A stretch of 64,000 nt of DNA from Bacteroidales bacterium (GCA_038249445.1 JBBSDM010000006.1:16293-80292), one strand, 5' to 3'; shown: positions 47,751-58,242, numbered from the stretch's first letter. Notes: generated from the sequence alone by a model not told the origin. A program made the numbers and translations.

Positions 47751-49400
47751 TTATGGATTAAGTTTTCTCAAATATCCACCATCGGATTTGAGCAGTTCAA
47801 TCGCTACTTTCAAATCTTTGTCGGTACGCAACGAATATTGAATTTCGCCTTTTTGGAAATAGTAACGTTTGATAATTTCCAGACTTAATAACTCGCTGAT
47901 ATCTGCTTTATTTTCAGCAATGCTTTTGCTAATGTCGGGAACCAGTTTTGCTTTCAACGCTGCAAACTCAACTTTGGCTATCGTATCCATTCCTTCAATT
48001 TTGGATGTCTCAACTAGTTCATTGTAATATTTCTCGGTTTGTGTGGTATAGGTAAATTTCTTTTCGACTAAATAATCGGAGAATGCCTTGAAATCAATGT
48101 CGGAAAGGGTGAAATCAGCCGATGATGCAATGCTTGGATGTTGTTGGACGTACAATGTTGCAAAGTCGAAATACAAATTTTGGGCAAAAATATAGTACGC
48201 AATGTTTATTTTTCTATCGTCCTTGGTTAATGAGTCGGGAACGATACCGCCACCATCGCGTACTTTTCGCCCGTTGCGGGTTTTAAATTCGGTAGTTAGG
48301 CTGTCCGGAACACGACCTACGCTACCATCTTCGTTACGGTGACTATAATCCAACGCCTGAATACAGCGTCCGCTGGGGATGTAGTATTTAGCAGTTGTTA
48401 CTTTTAAATGACCCCCGAAACCAACTTGCCGAATATTTTGAACCAATCCTTTTCCAAATGTACGCTCGCCCACAATAACGCCTCGATCTAAATCCTGAAT
48501 AGAACCCGAAAGTATTTCGGATGCTGATGCTGATGATCGATTAGCAAGCACTACCAGTCGTAAATCGGGGAAGATGGGATCTGAAGGTGTTTTGTAAGTC
48601 CTTTCAGCCTCACTGTTTTTACCCTTTGTAGTAACCACATCAGTGCCTTTCGGAACGAAATACCCCACAATTTTCACGGCTTCATCTATCAATCCACCAC
48701 CATTGTTACGAATGTCCAGCACCAACGATTCAATTTTATGTTGTTTTATCAAATCAGCAACAGCACTTTTTACTTCAATAGCAGATCTGTCTGTAAATTC
48801 GTTCAAGAGCACATAACCTACTTTATCGGCCACTTTTGCTGAATAACCCACAGGATTGACCTGTATTTTTTCTCTAAGAAATTGTTTTTCAACGAGTTTT
48901 TTCTCTCCCAAGCGCTTTAGTTTTAATTTTATAAGCGTGTTTGGTGTACCTTTCAATCGGGCACTAACTTGGCTTACGGTCAATCCATCCACTTTTTGTC
49001 CGTCTATTTCGATAATTACATCGCCAGCGCGCAAGTCATTACGCTGTGCAGGCATGCCTTCGTAAGGTTCAGAAATAAGAATTTCTTTGTCCTTTTTCAT
49101 AATCATGGCACCAATACCTGCATATTCGCCGGTGGTCATAAACTTTAAATCGTCGGTTTCCTCTTCGGGCACATACACCGTGTACGGATCTAGTTTGGCA
49201 AGCATCTGATCCAGTGTGGTTTTCATTACTTTGTCGTAATTGAGCGTATCAACATAAAACATGTCGAGTTCGCGAAATACCGAATTGAAAATGCTCAGGT
49301 TTTTACTAATCCGAAAGCTGCGCTTTTCGGCTGGCGTAAGGGCAAATAACGATGAAGAAATAACGATTAGGATTAGGAAATTTATAAAATTTTTTTTCAT
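47751..49400 (-). CDS. S41-family C-terminal processing (tail-specific) peptidase
   Basis: The signal peptide begins at the ATG at 49400 (MKKNFINFLILIVISSSLFA). It has a PDZ segment (…RAGDVIIEIDG…) and an S41 catalytic region (…LDIRNNGGG…ASASEILSG…GERTFGKGLVQ). The track start at 49430 is a TTG extension. Confidence 0.85.
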   Translation of the reverse strand: MKKNFINFLILIVISSSLFALTPAEKRSFRISKNLSIFNSVFRELDMFYVDTLNYDKVMKTTLDQMLAKLDPYTVYVPEEETDDLKFMTTGEYAGIGAMIMKKDKEILISEPYEGMPAQRNDLRAGDVIIEIDGQKVDGLTVSQVSARLKGTPNTLIKLKLKRLGEKKLVEKQFLREKIQVNPVGYSAKVADKVGYVLLNEFTDRSAIEVKSAVADLIKQHKIESLVLDIRNNGGGLIDEAVKIVGYFVPKGTDVVTTKGKNSEAERTYKTPSDPIFPDLRLVVLANRSSASASEILSGSIQDLDRGVIVGERTFGKGLVQNIRQVGFGGHLKVTTAKYYIPSGRCIQALDYSHRNEDGSVGRVPDSLTTEFKTRNGRKVRDGGGIVPDSLTKDDRKINIAYYIFAQNLYFDFATLYVQQHPSIASSADFTLSDIDFKAFSDYLVEKKFTYTTQTEKYYNELVETSKIEGMDTIAKVEFAALKAKLVPDISKSIAENKADISELLSLEIIKRYYFQKGEIQYSLRTDKDLKVAIELLKSDGGYLRKLNP

Positions 49401-49579
49401 TGCAATGGTTGTATTATTTGTTTCAAGCAAGAATTAGAGTTTACATAATTCTATTTTGTATTAGATTTTTTTATTTTTAAGAATGCACGTAATTGGAACA
49501 ATGTAATGTCTTATTTGAATTTATATAAATGCTTGGTAATGAAAATTATGCGTATTATTAATTGTGCATTATTAATTAC

Positions 49580-50032
49580 TTAAATAATTACGTTTGGTGG
49601 CAGAAATGTTGTAATATCTTTACCAAACGATATTAAATCGCGTGTAACGGTTGACGAGATAAACGAATATTCGGCCTCCGTAAATAGAATAACGGTTTCT
49701 ATCCCAGTAAGTTTACGATTGGCATCGGCTATGTTGCGTTCGTACTCAAAATCGCCCACCGTTCGCAAGCCACGCAGCACAAAGTTAGCATCCACGGCCA
49801 GTGCAAAATCTACAGTAAGACTATTGTAAACCTCCGCTTTTACGCGTGGCTCATTTGCAAAGGCCTGACGGATAATGTCCAATCGTTTCTCAATACTGAA
49901 AAGTGTTTTTTTTGCTTGATTGTGTCCAATCCCAATGACTATCTCATCGAAAAAGGATAGTCCACGTAGCACAATGCTGTAATGACCGATGGTAAACGGA
50001 TCGAATGTTCCGGGGAAAATGGCTCTTTTCAT
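49580..50032 (-). CDS. coaD: pantetheine-phosphate adenylyltransferase
   Basis: [21 protein letters not shown]… is the PPAT nucleotidyltransferase motif. The ~150-aa product fits. The 39-codon upstream extension in the track would begin (50149) upstream of the candidate promoter at 50115-50122, so I reject it. Confidence 0.9.
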   Translation of the reverse strand: MKRAIFPGTFDPFTIGHYSIVLRGLSFFDEIVIGIGHNQAKKTLFSIEKRLDIIRQAFANEPRVKAEVYNSLTVDFALAVDANFVLRGLRTVGDFEYERNIADANRKLTGIETVILFTEAEYSFISSTVTRDLISFGKDITTFLPPNVII

Positions 50033-50114
50033 CTTGGTTGATTTGTAATTGGTTGATTGGAGATTCGGTTTCATGACTGCTACTTTCACCCTGACTTTTG
50101 CTTCTAAAAGTATA

Positions 50115-50122
50115 CAAAGATA
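50115..50122 (-). promoter_or_regulatory. candidate -7 box (TAtcTTTG, minus strand) for coaD
   Basis: Plus-strand CAAAGATA lies ~85 nt upstream of the coaD ATG. Confidence 0.4.
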
Positions 50123-50206
50123 GAAAAATATAATTTTAGCAGTTACCAACCGTACGATAAGTTTACTATTTTTAGTTTTTTGGTAGGCTATTTTGAACTA
50201 ATCGAC

Positions 50207-50214
50207 TATCTTTG
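50207..50214 (+). promoter_or_regulatory. candidate -7 box (TAtcTTTG) for the lytic transglycosylase gene
   Basis: TATCTTTG is part of a 14-bp string, CTATCTTTGTATAC, that is the exact reverse complement of 50110-50123. Confidence 0.4.
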
Positions 50215-50223
50215 TATACTAAA

Positions 50224-51159
50224 ATGCATAAATTACAAGATATGCCAAACAAAATCGCTCTCGGTTTGCTATTGTGGATAAGCGTTGTCTGTTCAGCATT
50301 ATCTGTGAACCCCACCACTTCATTAGCTATTCCTAAGCAAATTACATTTGCCGGACAAACCATTTCATTGGAAAGAAATGACCTCCGCGAGCGTTACGAC
50401 CGCGAGCAAATTATAATTGCATACAATCATTCGGTTACTATTTTGCAAATAAAACGAGCCAATAATTTTTTCCCAATCTTAGAAACAATCTTAAAACAAT
50501 ACGGTGTGCCTGACGATTTTAAATACCTGGCTGTGATTGAGAGTAATCTCGATCCACGTGTACAATCGGGAGCGGGTGCAGCTGGACTTTGGCAATTGAT
50601 GCCCAAAACGGCCGAACAGTTTGGCTTAGAAGTGAACGATGAGGTGGATGAACGGTATCATATCGAAAAATCGACCATTGCAGCGTGTAAGTATTTTAAG
50701 AGTGCATACAATAAGTTCAAAAACTGGGCAACCGTAGCTGCTTCGTACAATGCAGGTATGGGTCGTATTGGTGAAGAACAAGACAAGCAGCAAGCTGATG
50801 AAGTAGTGGATTTATATTTAAGCTCCGAAACCGGTCGATATGTGATACGATTGGTAGCGCTGAAGCAATTTATGGAAAACCCTAAATCTTTTGGTTACCA
50901 ATTTGCACCCGAAGATTTTTATCAAACGGTACGAACCAGAGATCTGACTGTAAATGACAGTGTAGGAAACTGGACGATTTGGGCTAAACAAAATGGAATA
51001 AGCTACGCCCAATTGAAGGAGTATAATCTTTGGTTGCGCAATCGCAAATTGACGAACCCAACAAAAAAAGCGTACAAAGTTCAATTACCCGAAAAAGCAG
51101 ATTTGATATTCAATAGTACCAAAATAAATATTCATAACCCCATGTGGGTGTTTTTTTAA
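50224..51159 (+). CDS. lytic transglycosylase (SLT domain) protein, exported
   Basis: The SLT motif is …YLAVIESNLDPRVQSGAGAAGLWQLMPKTA…. The hydrophobic signal is LGLLLWISVVCSALS. The start is uncertain (ATG at 50224 or 50242). The track start at 50212 overlaps the putative -7 box. Confidence 0.75.
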   Translation: MHKLQDMPNKIALGLLLWISVVCSALSVNPTTSLAIPKQITFAGQTISLERNDLRERYDREQIIIAYNHSVTILQIKRANNFFPILETILKQYGVPDDFKYLAVIESNLDPRVQSGAGAAGLWQLMPKTAEQFGLEVNDEVDERYHIEKSTIAACKYFKSAYNKFKNWATVAASYNAGMGRIGEEQDKQQADEVVDLYLSSETGRYVIRLVALKQFMENPKSFGYQFAPEDFYQTVRTRDLTVNDSVGNWTIWAKQNGISYAQLKEYNLWLRNRKLTNPTKKAYKVQLPEKADLIFNSTKINIHNPMWVFF

Positions 51160-51241
51160 TCGATAGTTTATACTTTTACTTTCATTCCACCGTTATTTCA
51201 CAAAGCACTATTTATTTATATAAACATTTAAAAATATCTGT

Positions 51242-51910
51242 ATGAAAAAGTTTTTATTAGTTGCAGCACTTCTGCTGTCTGTTTCGATTACTTATGCTCA
51301 GTTAAATTTCGGTGTTAAAGCCGGGTATACCTCTTCAATAAGCCCAAAGAATTTAAGTTCAGTAACTTCGGGGAGTTATAATCTGAATTCTGTAAACTCA
51401 GAATTGTCCAACGGATTTCATGCAGGAGTATTTGCACGTTTCGGATTTAGTAAAATGTATTTTCAACCTGAGTTTTTATATGCAATGGGAAAAAAATCGG
51501 ATGATATATCATTTCGCGACAATGCCAATGCTGTCACTGTTTTTAATAAAAACGTCACTGTAAGTACACTTGATGTGCCGTTGCTACTTGGATATAAGCT
51601 GTTGGATTTGAAATTAGTGAATCTACGCGTATTTGCAGGTCCAAAACTTCGATTCAATGCAGGATCTTCACTTGATTATAATGTACTATCATCGACAGGT
51701 GGCTCGGTAAATAAAGATCAATTGATTAGCGATGTTAAAGCAGCACAATTAGGGTTGGAAACCGGTGTTGGGGTTGATGTTTTGATGTTCACCTTAGATG
51801 CTCGTTACAATCTTATCGGCGATATGTATCATACAAAATTGAACGATGTTACCTTGGATAAAATGTCAGCCAATACCTTTGTAATTTCATTGGGCTGGAA
51901 ATTTTTCTAA
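51242..51910 (+). CDS. outer membrane beta-barrel (porin-family/OmpA-barrel-like) protein
   Basis: It has a signal peptide (MKKFLLVAALLLSVSITYAQ), an alternating beta-strand pattern and a C-terminal aromatic end (…ISLGWKFF). Confidence 0.65.
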   Translation: MKKFLLVAALLLSVSITYAQLNFGVKAGYTSSISPKNLSSVTSGSYNLNSVNSELSNGFHAGVFARFGFSKMYFQPEFLYAMGKKSDDISFRDNANAVTVFNKNVTVSTLDVPLLLGYKLLDLKLVNLRVFAGPKLRFNAGSSLDYNVLSSTGGSVNKDQLISDVKAAQLGLETGVGVDVLMFTLDARYNLIGDMYHTKLNDVTLDKMSANTFVISLGWKFF

Positions 51911-51929
51911 TCTGATTTCATATTTCATA

Positions 51930-51968
51930 AAAACGCCTGTTTATCGAACTGAGAAACAGGCGTTTTTT
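51930..51968 (+). terminator. rho-independent terminator after the beta-barrel gene
   Basis: ACGCCTGTTT (51933-51942) pairs with AAACAGGCGT (51954-51963), followed by TTTTTT. Confidence 0.7.
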
Positions 51969-51995
51969 GTTATCATCACATATCACATATTTTTG

Positions 51996-52003
51996 TATCT
52001 TTG
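51996..52003 (+). promoter_or_regulatory. candidate -7 box (TAtcTTTG) for argS
   Basis: TATCTTTG lies 28 nt upstream of the ATG at 52031. Confidence 0.4.
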
Positions 52004-52030
52004 CACTTCGAACAAAATAATGAACTAAAA

Positions 52031-53824
52031 ATGAATTTAGAAACAACTATTGGTACAGTAGTAGCCCAGGCTGTAGAGACTCTTTATGGCTTAAAAATAG
52101 AGGCGAATCAAATACAATTACAAAAAACAAAACGTGAATTTGAAGGAGAACTTACGGTAGTAATTTTTCCATTTGTAAAAACAGCCCGCAAATCGCCCGA
52201 ACAAACTGGTCAGGAAATAGGCGAGTATTTGCAAAAAAACAATCCTGTTGTTTCGGCATTCAATGTTATAAAAGGTTTTCTTAACCTGTGCATTAGCCAA
52301 AATTACTGGCTCGAAACATTGACTCAAATTCATGGAGATGCTCAATTCGGTATTACACCCGTAACCGATGATTCTCAATTGATGATGATAGAATACTCTT
52401 CGCCAAATACCAATAAACCTCTTCACTTAGGTCATATTCGCAATAATTTACTCGGATTCAGTATTGCCGAAATTCAAAAGGCAAACGGTTGGAAAGTGGT
52501 GAAAACCAATATTGTAAACGACCGTGGTATCCATATCTGTAAATCGATGCTGGCGTGGAAACTGTTTGGTGACGGCGAAACACCCGAAAGTACAGGAATG
52601 AAAGGCGACCATTTGGTAGGTAAATACTATGTGGTTTTCGATAAGGCTTTTAAGGCTGAAATCAAAGATCTGATGGACAAAGGAATGAGTGAAGACGATG
52701 CTAAAAAATCGGCTCCGCTAATTCTTGACGCACAAAAAATGCTTCTGGCATGGGAAAATAACGATGCCGAAGTGCGCCAGTTATGGGAAACCATGAACGG
52801 TTGGGTGTATGCTGGTTTCGACAAAACATACAAACAATTAGGTGTCGATTTCGATAAAATATATTACGAATCGGAAACTTACCTCGAAGGAAAATCGGAA
52901 GTGGAAAGGGGAGAGACCAGCAAGGCTTTCTATCGTCGCGAAGATGGTTCGGTGTGGGCCGACCTTACTGTTGATGGTTTGGATGAAAAATTGTTGCTTC
53001 GTTCGGATGGCACTTCGGTATACATGACGCAAGATATTGGTACGGCCAAACTACGTTACAACGATTACCCAATCAATAAAATGGTGTATGTGGTGGGCAA
53101 CGAGCAAAACTATCATTTTCAGGTACTGGCACTTTTGCTCGACAAGCTTGGTTTTGAATGGGGCAAAGATCTCGTTCACTTCTCGTACGGCATGGTGGAA
53201 CTTCCTGAAGGAAAAATGAAAAGTCGCGAAGGAACCGTGGTAGATGCCGACGATTTGATGGACGAAATGTTAGATGCTGCCCGCGAGACATCGCAGGAGT
53301 TGGGAAAACTGGATAATTGTACGCCCGAAGAAATTGAAACTATCGCCCGCATGGTAGGATTGGGATCGTTGAAATATTTTATTTTGAAAGTTGACCCACG
53401 TAAAAATATGACTTTCAATCCGAAGGAATCGATTGATTTTAATGGGAATACAGGCCCGTTTATACAATATACGCACGCTCGTATCAAATCGGTGTTGCGC
53501 AAAGCTACAGATCTAGGCATAGATTTTGCTTCGCTAAAAAATACAGGTCTGAGCATATCAGAAAAAGAAAGTTACCTTATTCAATTGCTCACTGAGTTTC
53601 CTGCGGTTGTTCGTCAATCGGGCGAAGAATTTAGCCCGGCGTTGATAGCTAATTATATCTACGACCTGGTGAAAGAATACAATCAGTTTTATCACGATTT
53701 TACTATTTTGAAAGAGGAAAACCAAGCTTTGAAACAATTCAGATTGGTGTTGTCGGAATCTACTGCTACTATTATCAAAACAGGAATGAGCTTATTGGGT
53801 ATTGAAGTTCCAGAAAGAATGTAA
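52031..53824 (+). CDS. argS: arginine--tRNA ligase
   Basis: It has the class I HIGH-type motif (PNTNKPLHLGHIRN), the length fits (~597 aa) and the C-terminal anticodon-binding region ends …LLGIEVPERM. The track start at 52001 is a TTG extension. Confidence 0.95.
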   Translation: MNLETTIGTVVAQAVETLYGLKIEANQIQLQKTKREFEGELTVVIFPFVKTARKSPEQTGQEIGEYLQKNNPVVSAFNVIKGFLNLCISQNYWLETLTQIHGDAQFGITPVTDDSQLMMIEYSSPNTNKPLHLGHIRNNLLGFSIAEIQKANGWKVVKTNIVNDRGIHICKSMLAWKLFGDGETPESTGMKGDHLVGKYYVVFDKAFKAEIKDLMDKGMSEDDAKKSAPLILDAQKMLLAWENNDAEVRQLWETMNGWVYAGFDKTYKQLGVDFDKIYYESETYLEGKSEVERGETSKAFYRREDGSVWADLTVDGLDEKLLLRSDGTSVYMTQDIGTAKLRYNDYPINKMVYVVGNEQNYHFQVLALLLDKLGFEWGKDLVHFSYGMVELPEGKMKSREGTVVDADDLMDEMLDAARETSQELGKLDNCTPEEIETIARMVGLGSLKYFILKVDPRKNMTFNPKESIDFNGNTGPFIQYTHARIKSVLRKATDLGIDFASLKNTGLSISEKESYLIQLLTEFPAVVRQSGEEFSPALIANYIYDLVKEYNQFYHDFTILKEENQALKQFRLVLSESTATIIKTGMSLLGIEVPERM

Positions 53825-53976
53825 AAATAGTTACAAGGATATAGTTACAAGTGCGAAATGTACATTCTTATCCTTTGCAAGTAATTGTAAAAATTATCGC
53901 TATTGATGTTTAGTGTTCAATATTTTAAATAAAACTTAAGACAATTTTCAAATTCACAATCTAATATTTATCGAGT

Positions 53977-55119
53977 ATGAAAAAAACGTACCACTTAGTA
54001 TTTTCTTTGCTTGTAGTTTTTGTTGTTATTAGTTGTTCGTCGGGTAATAAAGCTTACAAAAAGGGCGATTACTTCAAGGCTTGTCAGGAATCGATTGACA
54101 GATTGCGTTCTAATCCGAAGAATGAAAAAGCTGCAAACGTGCTAACGAGTTCTTATCCAATGGCTCAGAAAACTGCTGAGCGCAATATTCAGAATGCAGA
54201 ACTGGCCAAACAGACCGACAAATATGATGTAATTGTATATCAATACGAGCGATTAAACCAACTGGCCAACGATATTTTCCGCTGCCCAAAAGCGTTAGAG
54301 CTTATCCCTGGTCCAAAAGAATATGTGGCAGAATTGAGCGCCGTAAAACAGCTAGCTGCCGAACAAGCTTACAACTTGGGATTGAAAGCATTCGATTACG
54401 ATACCATGGATCAGGCGCGTATGGCCTATCAATATTTTCAAAATGCGAACAGATATGTGCCCGGGTACAAAGATGTGTTGCGTAAAATTGAGGAAGCTCT
54501 CTACGAAGCTACCTTGCGTGTGATTGTTCAAAAACCGTTTACCAGCAATAAATATCAATACTCGGCCGACTTTTTCTATACGAATTTAATTTCGGAAATG
54601 AGCCAGAATGCACAAAATCGTTTTGTTCGGTTTTATACCGAAGAGGAAGCTAAAAGCACCAAAATGCGTAATCCGCATCAATTCATAGCCTTGAATTTCG
54701 AAGATTTCTCTGTTGGAAATATCAAAGAAACGGTTAACTCAAAAGAAATGTCTTGCGACAGTGTAGTGGTTGGGAAAGTTAAAGTGGAAGGCAAAGAATA
54801 CAATGCTTACAGCACCGTAAAGGCTCAACTAAATGTGTATCGTCGTGAAATTTTATCTGGCGGAGTGTTGAGTTTAAGGATTGTTGATGCCCTGAATAAT
54901 CGTGTGATTCAGCAACGGAACTTCACCGGTGAGCATATTTGGGCAACAAGCTGGGCTGATTTTAAAGGTGATGATAGGGCACTTAACAATGATCAAAAAC
55001 GGATGTGTAACCAACAAGCGCAATTGCCACCACCTCAACAAGATATGTTTATTGAATTTACCAAGCCTATTTATTCTCAGGCTGTTCAGTATGTTCGTTC
55101 GGCTTATTCGAGGTACTAG
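53977..55119 (+). CDS. lipoprotein of unknown function
   Basis: 380 aa with a lipobox (VVFVVISCSSGN). I recognise no family. Confidence 0.55.
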   Translation: MKKTYHLVFSLLVVFVVISCSSGNKAYKKGDYFKACQESIDRLRSNPKNEKAANVLTSSYPMAQKTAERNIQNAELAKQTDKYDVIVYQYERLNQLANDIFRCPKALELIPGPKEYVAELSAVKQLAAEQAYNLGLKAFDYDTMDQARMAYQYFQNANRYVPGYKDVLRKIEEALYEATLRVIVQKPFTSNKYQYSADFFYTNLISEMSQNAQNRFVRFYTEEEAKSTKMRNPHQFIALNFEDFSVGNIKETVNSKEMSCDSVVVGKVKVEGKEYNAYSTVKAQLNVYRREILSGGVLSLRIVDALNNRVIQQRNFTGEHIWATSWADFKGDDRALNNDQKRMCNQQAQLPPPQQDMFIEFTKPIYSQAVQYVRSAYSRY

Positions 55120-55172
55120 ACCAGCGGTAAGCAAGTAAGCGGCAAACAGTAAGAAAAATCGAAACATAAACG

Positions 55173-55206
55173 CGTCCAACGGATTTAATCTGTTGGACGT
55201 TTTTCT
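55173..55206 (+). terminator. rho-independent terminator after the lipoprotein gene
   Basis: CGTCCAAC (55173-55180) pairs with GTTGGACG (55192-55199), followed by TTTTTCTTT. Confidence 0.65.
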
Positions 55207-55345
55207 TTGTGTCGTGATTGGCATTCCGTGCAGGTATTTGTTAGTTCAGTTCTTTACGCGGAGTGTATAACAATGCTTGACTTCGTGCTACGAAGCATGA
55301 GGTTTAAGTAGGACTTGTCTTTTCTTTGCACGGAGTGCAACACGG

Positions 55346-57673
55346 TTACTCTTCCATATAGTATTGCTCGTCTACTTCTATTTGGTTTTCAACGAGCAGA
55401 CGACGAAATTCTTTTGTGAACTCTTCTGCCTTATGCTGCTCTCGCTGTTTATTTATGTAATTTACAATCATATCTTTGTCGGAGGATTGTTATTGTCTTT
55501 TTCCAACCTATTTCAGTTGCATCTTACTGCTAAACTCCAAGTACTTCGGCATAAATTTATCCATTATGCTTTTCTGCTTCTGTTCGTTGCAGATCCTTAA
55601 TACCTGTTCTAGTATAGCAATTTCATTTTCCTTTTTTAGTTGTTACGCTATTTATTTGTCTGGGACTCAAACTAAAATACCAATCTAGGTACTCTACACA
55701 ATCAGTAGCCACTGCATTCATAATGGCGTTTGCTTTCTTTGATTCCCCAATTTTATAGTACGAGTCAGCTAAAAAAGTAGAGAAGTAATCGTGACGAACA
55801 GTACTTGGTGGAATCACTCTATTACAATATTCCAATGCCTTTCGTGCACGAACAATATAACCTTTGGCAACTAAAGCAGCTATCAATTGTCCAATAATCG
55901 GCGGTGCGATAGGCACATATTTAGCACTGTTTGATCCAAATAAACTTTCTTGTTTTCGATGCCACCATACTTAAATTTGGTCATTAAATTGGTATACACT
56001 TCGTCGGTATTTACACTTGATCCACTACCTTTTAAGCCTATTGGCAGCACTTGATAAGTAAGTCCGGTAAGTTCAAAATGATCCATCAATCCCATATATT
56101 CTCCACCAATGGAAGTGGCAAAATACAGAGGGCGTTTCCAATTATTCTCTTTCAGAAGTTCAATTACCATCAAGTCGCTTTTAGTAAGTCTGTTGTTGGT
56201 CTCAATGTTTATCTGCGGTAAAATTTCGCCGGCTCTGGATAGGGGTAGGGTGCCTCTTTTTATTACCTTTTGTGCATCTATAGGTAAAAATAGATGCTTA
56301 GCAGTTATGAAACTTTCGCCGTCCATTTTTGTTTGCGGATCCTTACTTAAGATGAAATTATAAGCTGTTTTTGCATCCAAATTAGGAACGAGTGAATCTG
56401 CATACACTACATCATTCTTACCAGTCGCCTTTCTCTATAGCAGGTACGCATCTGTCTCCTTCAATGTTTAGTTTTACAGGAGCATTGTAAACCGATCCGT
56501 AAAGTAACGGACGGTCGCCATATTGCGTGCGGTTAAGATAGTATTTGAGCGAAAAAATATTGTCAGGTGAGTTTTGATCCATCGTTGGCTTAGCCGCTGA
56601 ACGTATAACAATAATCGAATAGGAGGTGTAACCAATAAGCAGAACGGTAACCATTAGCAAGATAGTATTCAGCCAGCGTGCATTCAACTTGGTTCTTTTC
56701 CAATAAAATAAGCAACTCATTGCTGCAATAATAATGATTCCAACAACTGCTTTGCCAGCCAAAAATGGAATAGCAACGATTGAAATTGCCATTACGAATG
56801 ATATGGCTAGTCGGGTAGCACTTTTATTGGTGTACGATTCGTAGATGCCCCAAATCAAAATGGAAAGTGTCAATGCGATATAAACGTACAAACCTGTATT
56901 GAACGCAAACCCAAGTGTGTTTACAAAAAAACAATTCGAACCAGCCAGCCACTTCCACAAAACCAGGAATCAGTCCGTAGGGTACTGCTGCAAGAATTAC
57001 TCCTGCTGTGACCATAGCCATCGCTACTCGTTTGGCACTTGGCTTGTTGGTTTTGAAATAATAAACCTACACCAATGCCGGAATGGTCAGCAAGTTCAGC
57101 AAATGAACACCGATAGATAAGCCAATTAAATAGGCAATCAGTAACAACCACCGATTGGAGCCGGGACGATCGGCTGCGCTCTCCCATTTCAGAATCATCC
57201 AAAAACAATGGCCGTGAAGAACGAAGAGTAGGCGTAAACCTCAGCTTCCACCGTCGAGAACCAAAAGGAATCGGAGAAAGTATAAGCCAATGCACTCACC
57301 ATACCCGCACTTAAAATGCTTATGATAGTTGTCGTTAAATAATCGGCTTCCGACTTAATGAGGACTTTGCGTGCTAAGTGGGTGATGGTCCAAAATAAGA
57401 ACAAAATGGTAATGCGCTGCACAATGCTGATAGAGTGTTGACCATGACAGCCACTTTTGTGGGGTCTGAAGCAAACATGGTGAAGATGCGTCCCGTGAGC
57501 ATAAAAAACGGTGCTCCGGGTGGGTGCCCAACATCCAGTTTGTAGGCGGCGGAAATGAACTCGCCACAATCCCAGAAACTGGCAGTTGGTTCCATGGTAA
57601 GCAGATACGTGATGGCAGCAATCGCAAAAGCTACCCAACCAAAAATGTTGTTCAGTGCATTGAATCTTTTCAT
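55346..57673 (-). pseudogene. decayed DUF2723-family (TMEM260-like GT-C fold membrane glycosyltransferase) gene
   Basis: The N-terminus MKRFNALNNIFGWVAFAIAAITYLLTMEPTASFWDCGEFISAAYKLDVGHPPGAPFFMLTGRIF is a textbook DUF2723 start. The reading frame then has to be followed through seven pieces (minus-strand frames 1,2,0,2,1,2,1). Shifts occur near 57.41, 57.20, 56.93 (inside an A7/T7 run at 56925-56931), 56.41, 55.91 and 55.63 kb. There are in-frame stops at 57067-57069, 55508-55510 and 55490-55492. Confidence 0.8.
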
Positions 57674-58206
57674 GTTATTATCAAATTTTCATAAAAAGAG
57701 TTTTTTATGTAAAAAACGTTCAAAGATACAATATTTCTATTTTCATTTTTAATATACGTTAATTGTCAGAGCTCTAAATTGCTCAAATAACTTGTCATTA
57801 GAGTGTATTGAAAATGTTTTTTTATCTTTTATTACGGTCTATTCACATCCTGTTTCGTCTTGACGAAACATCTGAAGTGCATGATAATCATTGGATGATA
57901 TTGCGTTGTGTTTTTTAAGGAGTAACAACCGCAGGTGAATATATACTGTTGAATAGAGGGACTAGAAATTGGGTTCATATCAAAAATAATTTGGCGGGAT
58001 ACACATTTTCTAGTTTAAATATTGAACTTACAAATTGAAATCATGAATGTAAATAAAACGATTATAATTTCTATTTTCGACCAAATAAAATGAATTAGAA
58101 AGCAGGTTGGCTTATTTCCAAAAAACACCAATAGCTTATACTTTAAATAATTAAGCTCCTGTTGCTGAAATGGTTTTCGGGGTTTGTTATACCAAGTTAT
58201 TATTCA

Positions 58207-58214
58207 TACATTTG
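58207..58214 (+). promoter_or_regulatory. candidate -7 box (TAcaTTTG) for ptb
   Basis: TACATTTG lies 29 nt upstream of the ATG at 58243. Confidence 0.4.
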
Positions 58215-58242
58215 TCTTGAAAATACACCAAAACAGCTAAAA

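Noticed and set aside
50110-50219. A 14-bp perfect inverted repeat (GTATACAAAGATAG … CTATCTTTGTATAC) flanks an 82-bp segment between coaD and the lytic transglycosylase gene. I considered it as a Bacteroidota-style invertible promoter switch.
   Set aside because: Each arm carries an outward-facing TAtcTTTG -7 box. Inversion of the segment would therefore recreate the same configuration. No recombinase is nearby, and the segment is much shorter than known invertons. Two similar divergent promoters explain it best.
54874-55224. A 116-aa minus-strand ORF overlaps the 3' end of the lipoprotein gene and its terminator.
   Set aside because: It overlaps a better-supported gene and runs through a terminator hairpin. 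It has no family resemblance.
55364-55688. Plus-strand ORFs 55364-55600 (78 aa) and 55476-55688 (70 aa), hydrophobic and Leu/Phe-rich.
   Set aside because: They are antisense to the C-terminal remnant of the DUF2723 pseudogene. They overlap each other in different frames and have AT-driven Phe/Leu/Ile composition, so they are most likely frame shadows.
58044-58094. A 16-codon mini-ORF (MNVNKTIIISIFDQIK) upstream of ptb, considered as a possible leader peptide.
   Set aside because: It lies upstream of the candidate ptb promoter. There is no obvious ribosome-binding context or attenuator structure linked to it, and such mini-ORFs are expected by chance in AT-rich DNA.
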